DNA of 64,000 nucleotides, from contig NC_057711.1 of the NCBI RefSeq assembly GCF_004010195.1, forward strand, positions 69,702,796-69,766,795, in the 5' to 3' direction. This DNA comes from Chiloscyllium plagiosum. Taxonomy: Eukaryota. Made by a program: the position numbers and the translations under genes. Positions 24,901 through 39,900 of this stretch are shown piece after piece (position 1 is the first letter of the stretch; the number at the start of each line of letters is the position of its first letter). The notes below the pieces were generated by a model. The model ran no database searches. It was not told the DNA's origin and saw nothing but the letters and a program-made list of their open reading frames with translations.

Positions 24901-27900
24901 TACCTTACTAAACCTGGTTCAAACACCTGCTGTTTTTTGCTATGCATCCATTAATTTGAGATATTTCTGGAAGGTTAGTGGAGCAGCATTGAACAACTGT
25001 CTTTAATTTCAGAGGTCAAGCTAAGCTGCTTTACTTTTTTTAGTATGGTATGCAGCTTGTTTAATGAAGTGAAATGTGGGGACACTTCAGTTAGGAACAG
25101 GAGTAGGTCTTTCAGCCTGTTGTCATGATACAGGTGTTGAGATTGTGATCTTGTAGTAAAAAAGGCCAATCTTTGCTTTACTCCTCCTAAAGTGCTATCC
25201 TCTCCTTCTGTAGAGTTGACTTTGTTTTTTTTCCGTGCTTGATTTAGTTTGGGTGGCATCATCTGGAATTCTGTTAGTAGTGAATAGAAATACCAATAGT
25301 TGCTTATTTGGGGATTTGATGTAGCTGTTCCTGATTTTGGGCAGTCTCTCCAGTATCTGGAGGATGGTCTTGTGCCACTTGTAATATTTCACTCACTTAT
25401 TGCACTCTGCAATGGAACTGTATGTTGATAGGCCTGTTGCTACCTTGATACTGTTATACATGTCCCTTTTTTAATTCTGTCAAAACATACTTTACTAAAT
25501 ATAACCCAGGTAGAATATTGATCAATGTAGCAGATGTTCCTGAATTCAGAACTTTAATCTCTTTTTAGTGATTAAATCACTTAATTGATTTCATCACTGA
25601 CATAGCATCAGAACTGTTAGCTTTTCCATTTCTGGCCCCTTTTTTTAATATTGTTGTACAGCATGGAAACAGACCCTTCAGCCCAACTCATCTGTGCTGA
25701 CCAGATATCCTAAATTAATATAGTCCCATTGACCCATATTCCTGTAAACCCTTCCTGGTCATATATCCATTAGAGATGCCTTTTCAAATGTTGCAATTGT
25801 ACTGGCCTCCACCACTTCCTCTGGCAGTTCATTCCATAAACCCACCACCCTCTGAAAATGTTGCCCCTTAGATTCCTTTTTTTTAAATCTTCCCTTCTCA
25901 CCTTAAACTAGAAGGCATAGCTTTCGGACTCTTACCCTCGGCAAAAGACCATGGCTATTCACCTATCCATACCCCTCATGATTTTATAAACTTCTTCTAG
26001 GTAATGTCACCCCTCAGCCTCTGAAGCTCTAGGCAAATAGCCCCAACCTATTTAGCCTCTCCCTATAGCTCAAACCGTCCATCTCTGACAATATCCTTAA
26101 ATCTTTTCTACACTCTAATTTCACAACATCTTTCCTATAGCAGGGAGACCAGAACTGAATGTGGTACTCCAAAAGTGGCCTAACCAATGTTCTGTACAGC
26201 TGCAACATAATCTCTCAACTCCTACACTCAATGCAGTGAGCGATTAAAGGCAAGTGTACCTTGACTAGCTGTCTCCCTGGGACTCTATTTTCAAAGAACT
26301 ACTCCAAGATCTTCAGCAACACTCCCAGGACCTTACTATTAAGTGTGTAAGTCCTGCCCTGATTTGCCTTATCAAACTACACCAAGTTTATTAAAATTAA
26401 TCTCCACCTGCCACTCCTTTACCCATTGGCCCAACTGGTCAGGATCCTGTTGTATTCATAAGTAACCTTCGTTTTCCACTACATCTCCAATTTTGGTGTC
26501 CTCTATAACTTTACTAACCATACCTCCTGTGCTAATATCCAAATAACGTATATAGATGACAAAGCAGTGGATTCTGCAGTATCCTTGTGGCATACCTCTG
26601 GTCCTAGGCCTCCAGTCTGAAAAACAGCCTTCCTTCCTTCCTCCTCCACTCTCTATCTTCTAGCTTTTTGAGCCAGCTTGGTATCCAGTTTGCTAGTTCT
26701 CCCTTGACTTAGCAAGACTAAGTCAATTATGCAAAACCTTGTCAAACATCTTACTGAAATCCATATAGGTCACATCCCTAAGCTCAAGGAACATCTATTC
26801 AATATCATTACTGTTCCTGCTATCCAAGACTGCTACTGTATGTTGGTAGTGGAGTGGGTGTTTGTTGATGTGCCAATCAAGCAGGCTGCTTTCCTGTGCA
26901 TGGGTTTCAAGCTTGTACTGGAGCTGCACTCCTCCTGCAAGCAGGGAGTTTTCTATTGCCTTACTTTCTGACTTGTCTTGATGTGGACAGACTTGAGAAT
27001 TAGTGCACAGTTTACTAACTGCAGGATCTTCGTCTTCAAACTGTTCTTTGTAGCTGGAGCATTTATATAAGCTAGTTCAATTTCTGGTCAGTTGTAACCT
27101 CCCATGATGTTAATAGCAGGGAATTCAATGTTGCATGGTTAAATGCACTCCGTGATGGCCATTGTCCACATTTGAACTACACTAGCCTGGATAATACAGA
27201 GCTCTTATTACATTTGGACACTTTTTCTGTCCATGGAGCCTAAAATAGTATTCAACATTTGAGATTATCAGCACCAATCCCCATTTCTGATTAATTGAAG
27301 CAGCCTAGGCCATTAACCTGAGGAACTCCTGCAGAGATGTCCTGGAGTGGAGATGAGTGCCTCCCTCTTCTTTTTTTTTTTTTTCCCCCCTGCCCCCCCC
27401 CCCCCCCCCCAACGACTTCCTATTTGGTACTTATGATTCCATCCAGTGGAGAGTCATCCCCCTAATTTCTGTTGACTTTAGTTTTGGTAGGGGTCTTTTG
27501 TAATTCATGAAATGGGCAACACCCTTTGTCAAGGACAGAGAGCCCCTCTAAGTTCAGCTTTTGTTTGTCCAGGTTCATACCAAAGCTGCACTAAATTTAG
27601 GAGCTGAGTGGCCCTGCCAAAAGCCAAACAGTCAGTGAGCATATTATTGCTAAGCAAGCATTAAGTTATTGATTACATCTTCCATCACTTTAATGATCAC
27701 AAGTGAACTAAGTGGTAATTGACTGACTGACTGGGTTAGAATTGTCTTTTATTTGGACTGGGCAACTTTCCACGTCTGTGTAGTCACACTGGAACAGTTT
27801 GGCTGGGGGTAAGGGTATGTTTTGAAGCAAAAGTCTTCAGTGCTGTTGTTGGAAAATTGTTTGGACTCAACCTTTTGCAGGGCTTGTGCCTTCAGCCAAC

Positions 27901-30900
27901 TTGACTCATTCCATGGTACTGAGAAATGGCTGAAGGTGGAGGTGGATGTTGTACACAAATGTCTGGCTATAAATTGTTACAAATGCCTACACTATTTTTT
28001 TAATCTTTTGAATTGCTACTGAACTCCTCACTGTTTGTGAAGCTGCCACCTCTAGTGAATTGCTTAATCATCCAGAATTCGCAGACGTGCTTATTTCCTC
28101 CATCTCTCAACTCTCCCAGCTGAATGTTTTCTGATCCATATCACATTTAGCCTTTTTCAAGCTTCACAGCTGGCTTGCCTGCTATTTAAAATTTCAGTTC
28201 GGTGTACGTGGTCCTGATGTTCCAACTGTCAAGCTGTTGATTTTAAACCTGCTGCAATGAGTTTCATCCTTTTTCAGGGATGCCAAACACCAAGTGATGC
28301 TGGTGGATCAGATCCTTACTTGAGGTGCATTGTGGCTGATCCAAGGAATGTGCTGGTCTTTTCCACTGTCCTGTAGCACCTATCTTCTCTATCAACAAAA
28401 ATAGTCAGTTGTACATGCATTTCTTGTAGGTGAAAGTGAGGACTGCAGATACTGGAGGTTAGTAGAGTGTGGTGCTGGAAAAGCACAGCAGGTCAGGCAG
28501 CATCTGAAGCAGGAAAATCTGTTCTGGCAAAAACCTGTCAACATTTCTTGTGTTTTGTTCAATATGGTAAAATGGGTGTCTTCCCTGAAGTTGCAAGTCT
28601 GAGTAGTCCTTAAGTATAGATGTTCTAGGAGAAAGTGAGGACTGCAGATGCTGGCGATCAGAGCTGAAAATATATTGCTGAAAAAGTGCAGCAGGTCGGG
28701 CAGCATCCAAGGAGCAGGAGAATCGACGTATCGGGGCATAAGCCCTTCAGGAATGAGGAAAGTGTGCCAAGCAGGCTAAGATAAAAGGTCGGGAGTAGGG
28801 ACTTGGGGGAGGGGTGTTGGAAATGCGATAGGTGGAAGGAGGTTAAGGTGAGGGTGATGGGGTGGGGTGGGTGTGGAGAGGTCAGGAAGAAGATTGCAGG
28901 TTAGGAAGGTGGTGCTGAGTTCGAGGGTTGGGACTGAGACAAGGTGGGGGGAGGGAAAGTGAGGAAACTGGAGAAATCTGAGTTCATCCCTTGTGGTTGG
29001 AGGGTTCCTAGGCAGAAGATGAGGCGCTCTTCCTCCAGCTGAAGTGTTGCTATGGTCTGGCGATGGAGGAGGCCTTGGACCTGCATGTCCTTCGTGGAGT
29101 GAGAGGGGGAGTTGAAGTGTTGAGCCACGGGGTGATTGGGTTGGTTGGTCTGGGTGTCCCAGAGGTGTCCTCTAAAATGTTCCACAAGTAGGCGGCCTGT
29201 CTCCCCAATATAGAGGAGGCCACATCTGGTGCAGCGGATGCAATAAATGATGAGTGGAGGTGCAGGTGAATTTGTGGCGGATGTGGAAGGATCCCTTGGA
29301 GGGAAGTAAGGGGGCAGGGAGGTGTGGGTGCAAGTTTTGCATTTCTTGTGGTTGCAGGGGAAGGTGCCAGGTGTGGAGGTTGGGTTGGTGGGGGGTGTGG
29401 ACCTGACGAGGGAGTGGTCTTTTCGGAACGCTGATAGGGGAGGGAAACATATCCCTGGTGGTGGGGTCCATTTGGAGGTGGCGGAAATGACGACGGATGA
29501 TGTGATGTATATGGAGGTTGATGGGGTGGTAGGTGAGGACCAGTAGGGTTCTGGCCTGGTGGTTGGAGATGTGGAGCTCGGGCAGAGGAGCGGGAAGTGG
29601 AGAGCATCGTCGATCACGTCTGGGGGGAAATTGCGGTCTCTGAAGAAGGAGGCCATCTGGGTTTCCGGTATTGGAACTGGTCCTCCTGGGAGCAGATGCA
29701 GCAGAGACTAAGGAATTGGGAATATGGGATGGCATTTTTACAGGGGGCAGGGTGGGAGGAGGTGTAGTCTAGCTAGCTGTGGGAGTCGGACGGTTGGTTT
29801 ATAGTAAATGTCTGTGTTGACTTGGTCCTCCGAGATAGAAATGGAGAGGTCTAGGAAAGGGAGGAAGGAGTCTGAGACGGTCCAGGTGAATTTGAGGTCT
29901 GGGTGGAAGGTGTTAGTAAAGTGGATGAAGTGTTAAACCTCCTCCTGGGAGCACGAGGCAGCGCCGATACAGTCATTGATGTAGCGGAGGAAAAGCTGGG
30001 GGTTGTGCCAGTGTAGCTGCGGAAGATGGACTGTTCCACACATCCTACGAAGAGGCAGGCATAGCTGGGGCCCATGCGGGTGCCCGTGGCTACTCCTTTT
30101 GGTTTGGAGGAAGTGGGACGATTGGAAAGAGAAGTTGTTCAGGGTGAGGACCAGTTCAGTCAGTTGAAGGAGGGTGTCAGTGGAAGGGTACTGGTTGGTA
30201 CGGTGGGAAAGGAAGAAGCGGAGGGCTTTGAGTCCTTCGTGATGGGGGATGGAGGTATACAGGGACTGGATGTCGATGATAAGGTGTTGGGGACTGGGGA
30301 AGCGCAAATCATGGAGAAGGTGGAGGGCGTGGGTGGTGTCCCGAACATAGGTGGGGAGTTCTTGGACTAAGGGGGACAGGACCGAGTCGAGGTATGCAGA
30401 GATGAGTTCGGTGGGGCAGGAGCAGGCTGAGACAATGGGTCGGCTGGGGCAGTCAGGTTTGTGGATTTTGGGCAGGAGGTAGAAATGGGCGGTGCGGGCT
30501 TGTGGGACTGAGGTTGGAGGCGGTGGGTGGGAGATCCCCTGAGGTGATGAGGTTATGGATGGTCTGGGAGATGATGGTTTGGTGGTGGGAGGTGGGGTCA
30601 TGGTCAAGGGGGGCAGTAGGGGGAGGTGTCTGTGAGCTGGCGTTTAGCCTCAGCGGTGTAAAGGTCGGTGCGCCAAATACTACTGCGCCTCCCTTGTCTG
30701 CTGGTTTGATAGTGAGGTTGGGGTTGGAACGGAGGGAGTGGAGGGCTGAATGTTCTGAGGGTGAGAGGTTGGAGTGGGTGAGAAGGGTGGAGAGGTTGAG
30801 GCGGTTAATGTCGTGGCAGCAGTTGGCTATGAAGAGATCGAGGGCAGGAAAAAGCCAGCACGGGGTGTCCAGGTGGATGGGGTGTGTTGGAGAAGGGGTC

Positions 30901-33900
30901 ATCAGAGGGTGGGTGAGAATCCTGGTTGAATAAGTAGGTGCGGAGGTGAAGGCAGCGGAAGAATTGTTCGATGTCTTGCCGCGTGTTGAACCCGTTAATC
31001 CAAGAGCGTAGGGGAATGAAGGTGAGGCCTCTGCTGAGGACTGATCTTTCATCCTCCGGGGTAGTTCTGGAGGGATGGTGAAAACACGGCAGGGCTGGGA
31101 GCTAGGACCTCGTGTGGGGCTGGTATAGATGTTCCACAATATATGGACCATGATATGTTTAGATACTGCCATACTTTTAGGCTCCACTCGGACCATGGTT
31201 TTTTTCCTTTCGTTAGGGTTTACTCATAGCTTTCAAACATACTAGTATATCCACAAGGCAATGGAGCTATTTACTTCAGGCCCACATGTGTTCTCTGATC
31301 CCATGTCTGGGATCCAAATGACTTGATTCTCATAATTCAGTGTTTGAGTAGGGATGAACTTGATTTCTGTGCCTTACCAGCTGAGGATTTTATACTGAGG
31401 CTTATGTGCTTGAAGTGTTAAGCATTTCGTTCTTTGTTTTGAATTACTATTAGCCAGTGGTGCAAGGTGGAAGTGAGCAAACTAGTGCACAGCACGCAGC
31501 AAAGTAATTTTAATTGCCCAGATGTACATTATATTGTTGCAAGCTACTAATGATAATGATACTGGGGAGGGGGGGTGGAACTTGGAAAAATTGGCCACAT
31601 CTTTAGATTGATACCAAAATGCAAATTTTCAGATTGGTAAATACTGGTTATTTGATGATCAGAGCTTTTGGATTTGGGGATATAATTTAAATGAAGTTCT
31701 TCTTTTCTCCCTATGGGATCATTAAACGTGGTTGATACTGTTTCTATCTCAATTGCTTGATAGAGCTTAAGTGTATATTTTATTATAAGATCAAAAAATG
31801 TGCACAAAGCCAAATATATCATCTGGTAATGTAAGACTTATCTGGTATTATCTTGTCATGACATGACTTGCTTTGTTTGATATTTTGTGCATCTTGATGC
31901 ATAGAATAAAAATTGCATTTTGGAGGGCCCTGACATTTCTTTGCCCTTTTTTTTAAACCTGCTGACATACCAAAAGGTCAGTCATTTAATACTTGTCACT
32001 TCAGACAGAAGACTTTGTGTGGAAGACTGACTCTTGTGTGTTTCATGCAAGACTAGAATTGACACTTGAAATGTAGAACTGAAATCTTTAAATTATAGGT
32101 AACATTCAAACTAAATTTGCCTTTCTGGTCAATTATTGACTTTGATTAACAGGTTGTGAATACTTTCTGAAATACTTTGCTTTCTGGTCAGATGAGAAAT
32201 TAACAATTATCTGTTTTAATATTCAGGTATCTACAGCGGACAATAAACCATCCTACCCTTTTGCAAGATCCTGATTTGCGGCAATTTTTAGAAAGTAGTG
32301 AGGTATGCTTTTCCAGAATGTTTAATATGAAAGCTAAGTAGGAGTTCTTGATAAAATGTAATCTTTTGGGGAGTTTTCCTCTATATGCAGTAGGTAAACG
32401 CAAACAGTAGTACTTTCTGCTGTCATAGAGCATGGTTCTTGGATGTGATGTCTAGTAGCTGTAGTTAGAGGACACTGAAAATTCAAGATTTCTTCACCTC
32501 TGGAAACTATTTTCTATGTTTATAGTTGAGCAGCCATTTGAACATAAGTGATTACTGGAGCACTGTTAAAATATGACAAATTCTGAATTGTTTTCAGAAG
32601 CTGAGAGCCTTTTGGAAAAGCCTATACAAAATAAAATCTACCAAATACAAATTGAATGTAGCTCAATATATAAGTTGGGGTATGGAGTGGTATGCAAAAT
32701 GATCAAGAATGGACTTGCAAGCCAACTCCAGTGTGAACTGAGCAGTGAATTTAAAAGCCTTGGAATTGCCCAATTGTGCCAAGATGGGCTAAGTCTGACG
32801 CAGCACTTATTTTTCTGACCAGTTACTTTCCCCTTGTTTTTGGTTCTGAAGTTTATAATTTTGTTCTAATTTACATAGCCATGAATTCCATACCAGTGTT
32901 TCCTATATATTTGCTAGACTTTAAACAGAGTTCAGTTGATCTTGTAGTTTCAGTGGATTTTTCCACTATGATCTAATCGAGTTGTCAAATTTCACCTTTC
33001 CAGTGTTTTCATTGTGATAGCTGTAGTTGTAATTTCTTAAAGTTATAAAATTTTAAACAATATTGGTCTTGGTCTTACTTGGATTGATACTCATGCAGGC
33101 AGAGCAATTCTGTGACCCTCTTGTGCTCTCCCTTCTGTGTTGTGATTTATCTTGTGCAGTTGATGTAGACTACTAAATGTGGTGATAGTCTTAATGTAGG
33201 AGTCCAATATATAAAGTAATAGGAATAGATTTTGTTCTCTCAGGTCAGTGTTGAAATTGAAATTTTTAAAATTCACCAGTGAGTGTTGCTGGCTGGTCCA
33301 GTATTCAGTCCCCATCCCTTTGTGGCCTTGGGAAGGCAGTAATGGTGAGCTCCTACTGACTCAGTAAGTAGACCCACAATGCCACTAGAGGGAATTCTAG
33401 GAATCTGACCCAGTGACAGCAAAGCAATTGTGATATATTTCCAACTCAGAATGGTGAGTGGTTTTAAGGGAATTTAAATTGTGTTCTCATATCTATCTGC
33501 TTCAGCATCAGGTACTCTGGTTTGATTCCACTCTTGTGTTACTGACTGTGGAGTTCTCTTTCCTTTCCTTCTTTCCTCCCTCCCCACTCCCGGATTTGCA
33601 GGCTAGGTGGATTAGCCATGGGAAGTGCAGGGTTACAGGGAAAATGTTGAGGGGTGGAATGGGTTTTTTTTTTGGTTAGTCAGTGGAGTTGATGGGCTGA
33701 ATGGCTTACTTCCACACTGTGTCGGGAATCTGATTTTGTTCTCCTACATGAGTGGTTCTAGGTTGGAAGTTGCTGTCTTAAATCTTTAGCACATTTCTGT
33801 AGTGTGTCCTGTAGATAGACACTTGGTATGTCAGTAGAATGGTTGTGGAATTTGTAACAGCAATCAAGTGGGCTCCTTGTTCTGAATAATGTTTGTGCTG

Positions 33901-36900
33901 CTGAAGCAGTGTTCTGCCCAAAAAGTGGGCAATATTTTGTCACACTACTGGTTTTTATACTTTTTATTTTAAAGATAGGCTTTGGGAAGTTAGGGAGTGA
34001 GTTACACAAGTCCTCTATACAGTTTCTGGTCAAATGGTAATCCTCAGGATGTTAGTGGGGTATTCGGTGTCTATTCGGGTTAAAATAATAGCATATACAT
34101 AATGAAAGTAAACCTTATTTAGAAATTGAAGTGCTGGAAACTGAAATTAAAACATTGAAAATGCTCAAGTTAGGTAGTTTCTTGCACAGATACTATCAAC
34201 ATTTTGAGTTGACTTGTATCAAATCTAAGTGACTCCACATTCTTTAAATCCTCCAGTTTAAGTGGGAATCAGGTTGTTTTTGTTTGCTATCAGTGACTAC
34301 TTGCTAAACATTCAAACATGATATTGGGAAACTTAACTATCCAACATTTTGATCATACAATACTTTTGCAGCTTTTGGCTGAAGTTAAACCTTATTTTTA
34401 GAGAATAAATCTTTTGTCAAAACCAGGTTGATTTTAAATATTATGAAGTTGTGGATTGGATCTATTTTTGGATTGCTGGTTCAGATCTTTGAGACAACTG
34501 GTAATTTGACTTCTAAAAAGTGAAGACCGTACATAGAAACAATCTGGATAAGTGACCAGGTTGAGACATTAAGCAGCAAATGACTACAAGTTCTGAGGGA
34601 GAAGTTTTTTGGATTTTGGAGCAATGGGTAGGAGTAGACAAGTGTTTAGAGGTGAACTATATGATCAAATAAGTGAGATTAAGCAATCCATTGTTCCATC
34701 GTTAGCAATACTCGATTGCTGGGCATGGAATTCCATTATTCAAATGACCTGAGGAGGAATTACAATTTCAAATCCCCTCGTATTACTACATTGATTTTTA
34801 TATTTAAAATTCTTAGTTAAATTAGGTCATTAAGTCACTAACTTATTTCTCAATCTTTGAATCTGGTTAAAGAAATGTATTGACCACTCAACTGTTTCAG
34901 CTTTCATTTATAGTAAACTTGAGACTTAAGTGCCTAAGGCTGAATTGTCAGATTGGGCAAACTCTGCCAGTGAAAACATTTTGGCCCTGTAATATATCAT
35001 AGATATGTATATGATCACCCTATGCAAAAGTCTTGAATTTGATATTGACATCAAAATATAACTTGTGATCTAAGTTTGTATACATTGACAGTACTTTTCT
35101 GTAGTATTCAAAATATTTTGCTTATGTAAGATTTAAATGATTAATGTTTTGATAAGCATACCAACTATTGTCTTTAGTTCATATTTGCAGATTAAGATAC
35201 CCAAGAAATTGGTCAATAAAGTTTGTATAACTGAGTAAGCTGCAGAGAGTTGAAGTATATTGAAATGTATAAGAGCAGAAACTGCTGTGGCCCTTTCCTT
35301 GCACTTTAACTAGACAGAAGCAAGGCACTTAACAGGATTGCTCACCCTTATTTGTCATTCAATTCTAGCTGCCTCGTGCGGTTAACACCCAGGCCCTAAG
35401 TGGAGCAGGCATATTGAGGATGGTGAATAAGGCCGCCGATGCTGTCAACAAAATGACAATCAAGATGAATGAATCGGATGCAGTAAGAGCTGATTTTTGA
35501 ACCTGATTAATGAGTTGAATTAATGAGATTCTTCAGTTTCTTTCTGAGGGTGAAAAGACTATAAGATAAGCTATTTGCTTATTTTCTTTGAATTCAGTTA
35601 AATTGGTGAAGGCTGTGACCACAGTTAATTTTCTTTTTATTGAAAAGAAGGAATGTAGTTTACTATTGGTAATGTAATTTTGTAATGATTTGTTCTTAGT
35701 AAATTAACTCCATTCCTCGTTTGGCAGTGGTTTGAGGAAAAGCAGCAGCAGTTTGAAAACCTGGACCAGCAGTTAAGGAAACTACACACCAGTGTTGATC
35801 TCCTAGTCTGCCACAGGAAAGGTTTGTAAACTGAAGCTCACGACAATTGCTGGATGTAGTAGACTCATCATTATGTATACCTAGCTTCTGTTTTGCACTC
35901 AGCTTCTAGATTTTTTTTTTCTTCCCAGTAATTGAGGAACTTTGAAGTCAGGCTAAAATCTTATTTAAAATCTTCAATCCTGATTTTGCTTTTGTGACCA
36001 TTTTAGCTTGATTCCATCTTTAATTGAGTAATCTGATGCTTTGGTATGTTATGGTGAGGAAATGGGTTCCTATGAAGAGTGCAAATTTTGCTAGTGATTT
36101 GCAAGGTTCATACTATTAATTCATGCAGTCCTTCCAGAAAATATTCATCTTTTTCCAATTTTAAAGTACTGAGCCTGTATTTATCCCAACAACGTTTTTT
36201 AAAACCATCCTGTTTTCAGCTAAACCTGAAAGTAATTACTTTCAGTCATATTACAACACACGCTCATCCTTGAGGCTTTCTGGTTCTTTTGGAGGGATGA
36301 GGAGGCACAAAACAGTCCAGTTAGAGCAATTCCAAGCTCCTTTCCTACCTCCTATGCAATTTTTTTTTTATCCTTTTATCATCTTTTAAACAGAAACCAC
36401 CTAACAACAGGCTTCTCTATTGACCATTCAGCTGTTCTAAAGCATTTTATTGTTTACTCTATCTAAACCCTGATTTTAAATGTGTTTTAACTCTTCTACA
36501 TCCTGCCTATCAGGAAAGCAACCACTTGCTCAGTTGCGTGGACACAACCACAAGTCCCCAACTCTGGGTCCACTGTTTTAAATCTCTCGTACTTTATGGA
36601 AAGCCTTTCTCCTTGAAAGGTGATGCCTAGCATTAGATTAACTTTTTGAAGTACCACTGGTCTGGCAACATCCATGAAGAGAAGGCAGAGTTCACATTTC
36701 AAATCCAGTGACTTTTTTCAATCAGAACATCAGGGTTCAGATGAAGAGTCACCAGATGTGAAATGTGAACTCTACTTCCTTTCTACACATACTACCAAAA
36801 GTCTCTTTTTAAATCATCTCCAATATTGGTAGTTTTTAAAAACTGCGGGAGAATCGACGTTTCGGGCATGAGCCCTTCAGGATTTCTGAAGAAGAGCTCC

Positions 36901-39900
36901 TGCCCGAAACGTCAATTCCCCTGCTCCTTGGATGCTGCCTGACCTGCTGCGCTTTTCCAGCAACACCTTTTTCAGCTGATCTCCAGCATCTGCAGTCCTT
37001 ACTTTCTCCTAGTTTCTAAAAACTGCCAACATTAGACAGTATTTCTATGAGGCTAAACTAATTTTAGAGGCTTCACAAACTGTTCCCCACTGTCTACCTT
37101 TTATTATCAATGCTTATTAACTGCTTTGATTCTTTAACCTGTTCTACCTCAGGATTTATACACACCTCAAACCCCTCCAGATCTTTTTCTTGTACCTATT
37201 TAGCTGTTTTTTCCTGAGCAAAGTTTTTGGATCACATTTGTCATACCTGACTGCTAATTCCAACAACTTGCATGTCTATTACTATATTCTCTAATTTCCA
37301 AGCTATCATCTCCAAATTTTAAGTCATCCACTGTAGCACCAGGCCCAAGTCATACATCAAATGAGCGACCTGGGGTAAACCACTCGTCCTCCCTGTTGGG
37401 AAAAGCTGCTACAAGTTTGTCACAACTATCACAGGAATAGTGTAGATGCTTCCTAAGTGATGTCTTGGTAAGCATTGGAGGGAAATAAGGTGCACTGGTT
37501 TGGTAGGGGGTGGTTGTGGGTGGCTTAAAGGCATGAACGCTGTACATAGAAACAAAGTGTTGTGGCTATGGAATTTTGAAATGTCAACAGGTCTGGCAGT
37601 ATTTGTGGAGAGAGGTCATGTTTCCAGTCCACTTCAAAACATTAATGTTGACTATTGTCTCCCACAAATGCTACTGTACCTGAGCTCCTCAAGCACTTTG
37701 AATTCCAAAATGTTCTATGCTGTATATTCCTTAACTGTTTTCTAGCCCTGGGTCTTGTGCCCATGCTTGTTACTGACTTTAATTCCCATCTGATTCATAT
37801 TTCCTCAGGCATGCTGTACTTTGCCAAATTCCTTTTTGCAAGTTTTTCTGTACATTGCACTTCAGTTATCTCTCCTTTCTTGTCAAAATACTAATAATCA
37901 AATGCAATTTGTTCTCCAATCTTTGCTCGCTTAGCTTTTGTCAGTTAACTGTTAAACTTTTTTTTTCTGCTGAGTTATTGCTTCTAAAACCTTTCCACCA
38001 GACATTGAACTGCCTGGTTTTATTCCTTTTTGAGGACCTCATTGTAACACTTACAATATTCTAGTCCTCTTGTACCACTTCTGTATCGAAGGAAGATTGT
38101 TGCCAGTGCCTTGACAATTCCTAATTCTCTCAGGGAGAATATCTCATCTCATTCTGCTTGGGTAAGTTGTCCACTGTCCTACCAGCTTTTCTGCAACCTC
38201 CTTTTTTCCTCTTGCAACCTGTTTTATTATAACGGTGTAATAGTCTCCCTGTTTGAACAAATGAGTTCAAAGTGCTAATTTTGTGTTTAAACTCTCACTT
38301 GGCTCAAGTGATGGCTCCATTTTAGTCTGGCCTTTTTTTTTTGTTTGAAGTGGTATCTATAGGAGATTTTGAATTCAGTTTGTTTAAATTTGTTCTTTGG
38401 GTATCACTGGCTAGTCATTGTTCACTAATTGCCTTTGAACTGTGTGGCTTGCAAGGCAATTTTGAGGGTGGTTTAAATGTCAACCTCACTGCTGTAAATC
38501 TGGAATCATCGGCCAGACCTTTTTTAAGGATGGCAGATTTCCTTAACTAAAATGACATTAGTGAACCAGAGTTGTACTTGGCAAGTCAGCCACTTAACTC
38601 CACAATATATGGGGGCTGTTTCAGCAATTTTTCCATATTTAAGCTGGTAATTAAATTACTTTCAAGTGTTTAACACTAACTTTTTTTTTGTTTAGAGCTC
38701 TCTGCCAATACAGCTGCATTTGCCAAGAGTGCAGCCATGCTGGGTAACTCTGAGGACCACACTGCTCTATCAAGAGCACTATCCCAGCTAGCAGAAGTTG
38801 AAGAGAAGATAGACCAGCTTCACCAAGAACAAGCTTGTGCTGACTTTTACCTATTTGCAGAGCTTCTAAGTGATTATGTTCGACTCATCTCTTCTGTAAA
38901 GGTAAACTGTCCGATCTGGTTAAGTACTAACAAGGTATTTTGGTCAGATCTGCAAGATATTGTAAACCCATTCAAAGTTCTTTTCTGAGAACACTAATGT
39001 TAAAATGCATTGGATAATATTGTTTTAACCAAGGGACAAGCTAATCTAATTAGATGACTTGTATCTATCATACTGAAATGTGGGGATAAATCCCTCTTGA
39101 GGAAAGGTGTAAATGCTTTAGGATGGATACTTTGAATTTTAGTTACACTGAAACTATTACATTTTGTTGCCATGATTTCACCGTCTCGTCTTTTTTTATT
39201 ATTGTTGCTCTAAACACTCACTCAATATTTCCTCGCACTCCTCATGCATTTGAGAAATATAGGCTTGGAGTGGAAGAAATTTAATTGATATTATTTCACT
39301 ACTTACATGTTTTGACATGCTGGAATTGTGAAAAACTACCCTTGTGCTGTTCAAATGTTGGAGTAGACGAGCCAAGGAAAATGTCACTTTGCAACCAGTG
39401 CATATTATGTGACACGACTCTGATCCTTTTTTTTTAATATATAAGCCTAAACAGTGTACAGATTTTCTGAAACCTGAGGCAAGTCATATGCTGCGACAAA
39501 ATCCTTAATTTGAGCAAAGTAAGCTTAAAGAAAATTAATTGCAGGAAACAAAGCTACTATTAATTAGATTACACTGCTTCAGCCCTGTAAATGTAGATGT
39601 CTATGCTTAATGCATATTAATTGCGTGCAGTGGTGTAACTTTTGTAGATACCACAATTCTAAAACTTGCTGACCTGTTAGCTTATTAAGCTATATAACTG
39701 GAGTTTAAAGGCCTGTAGGTTAGCAAAAATGAACTTGGTTGTCTAAGGTAACATGAGCATTAGAAATTGGAGCAGATGCTTGCTGTGTCACTGAACAAGA
39801 TCATGGCAAATCTGTTTTGCTGATTCTACATTCACATCTATCCCATTAGCCTTAACTCCCTTGCTGAGCAAGAACTTAACATGTCTCCATCTTTACAATC

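Noticed and set aside
28901..31196. Functional or domesticated RT/GIY-YIG gene
   Set aside because: Multiple frameshifts, the catalytic YxDD reads YIND, and the element is 5'-truncated.
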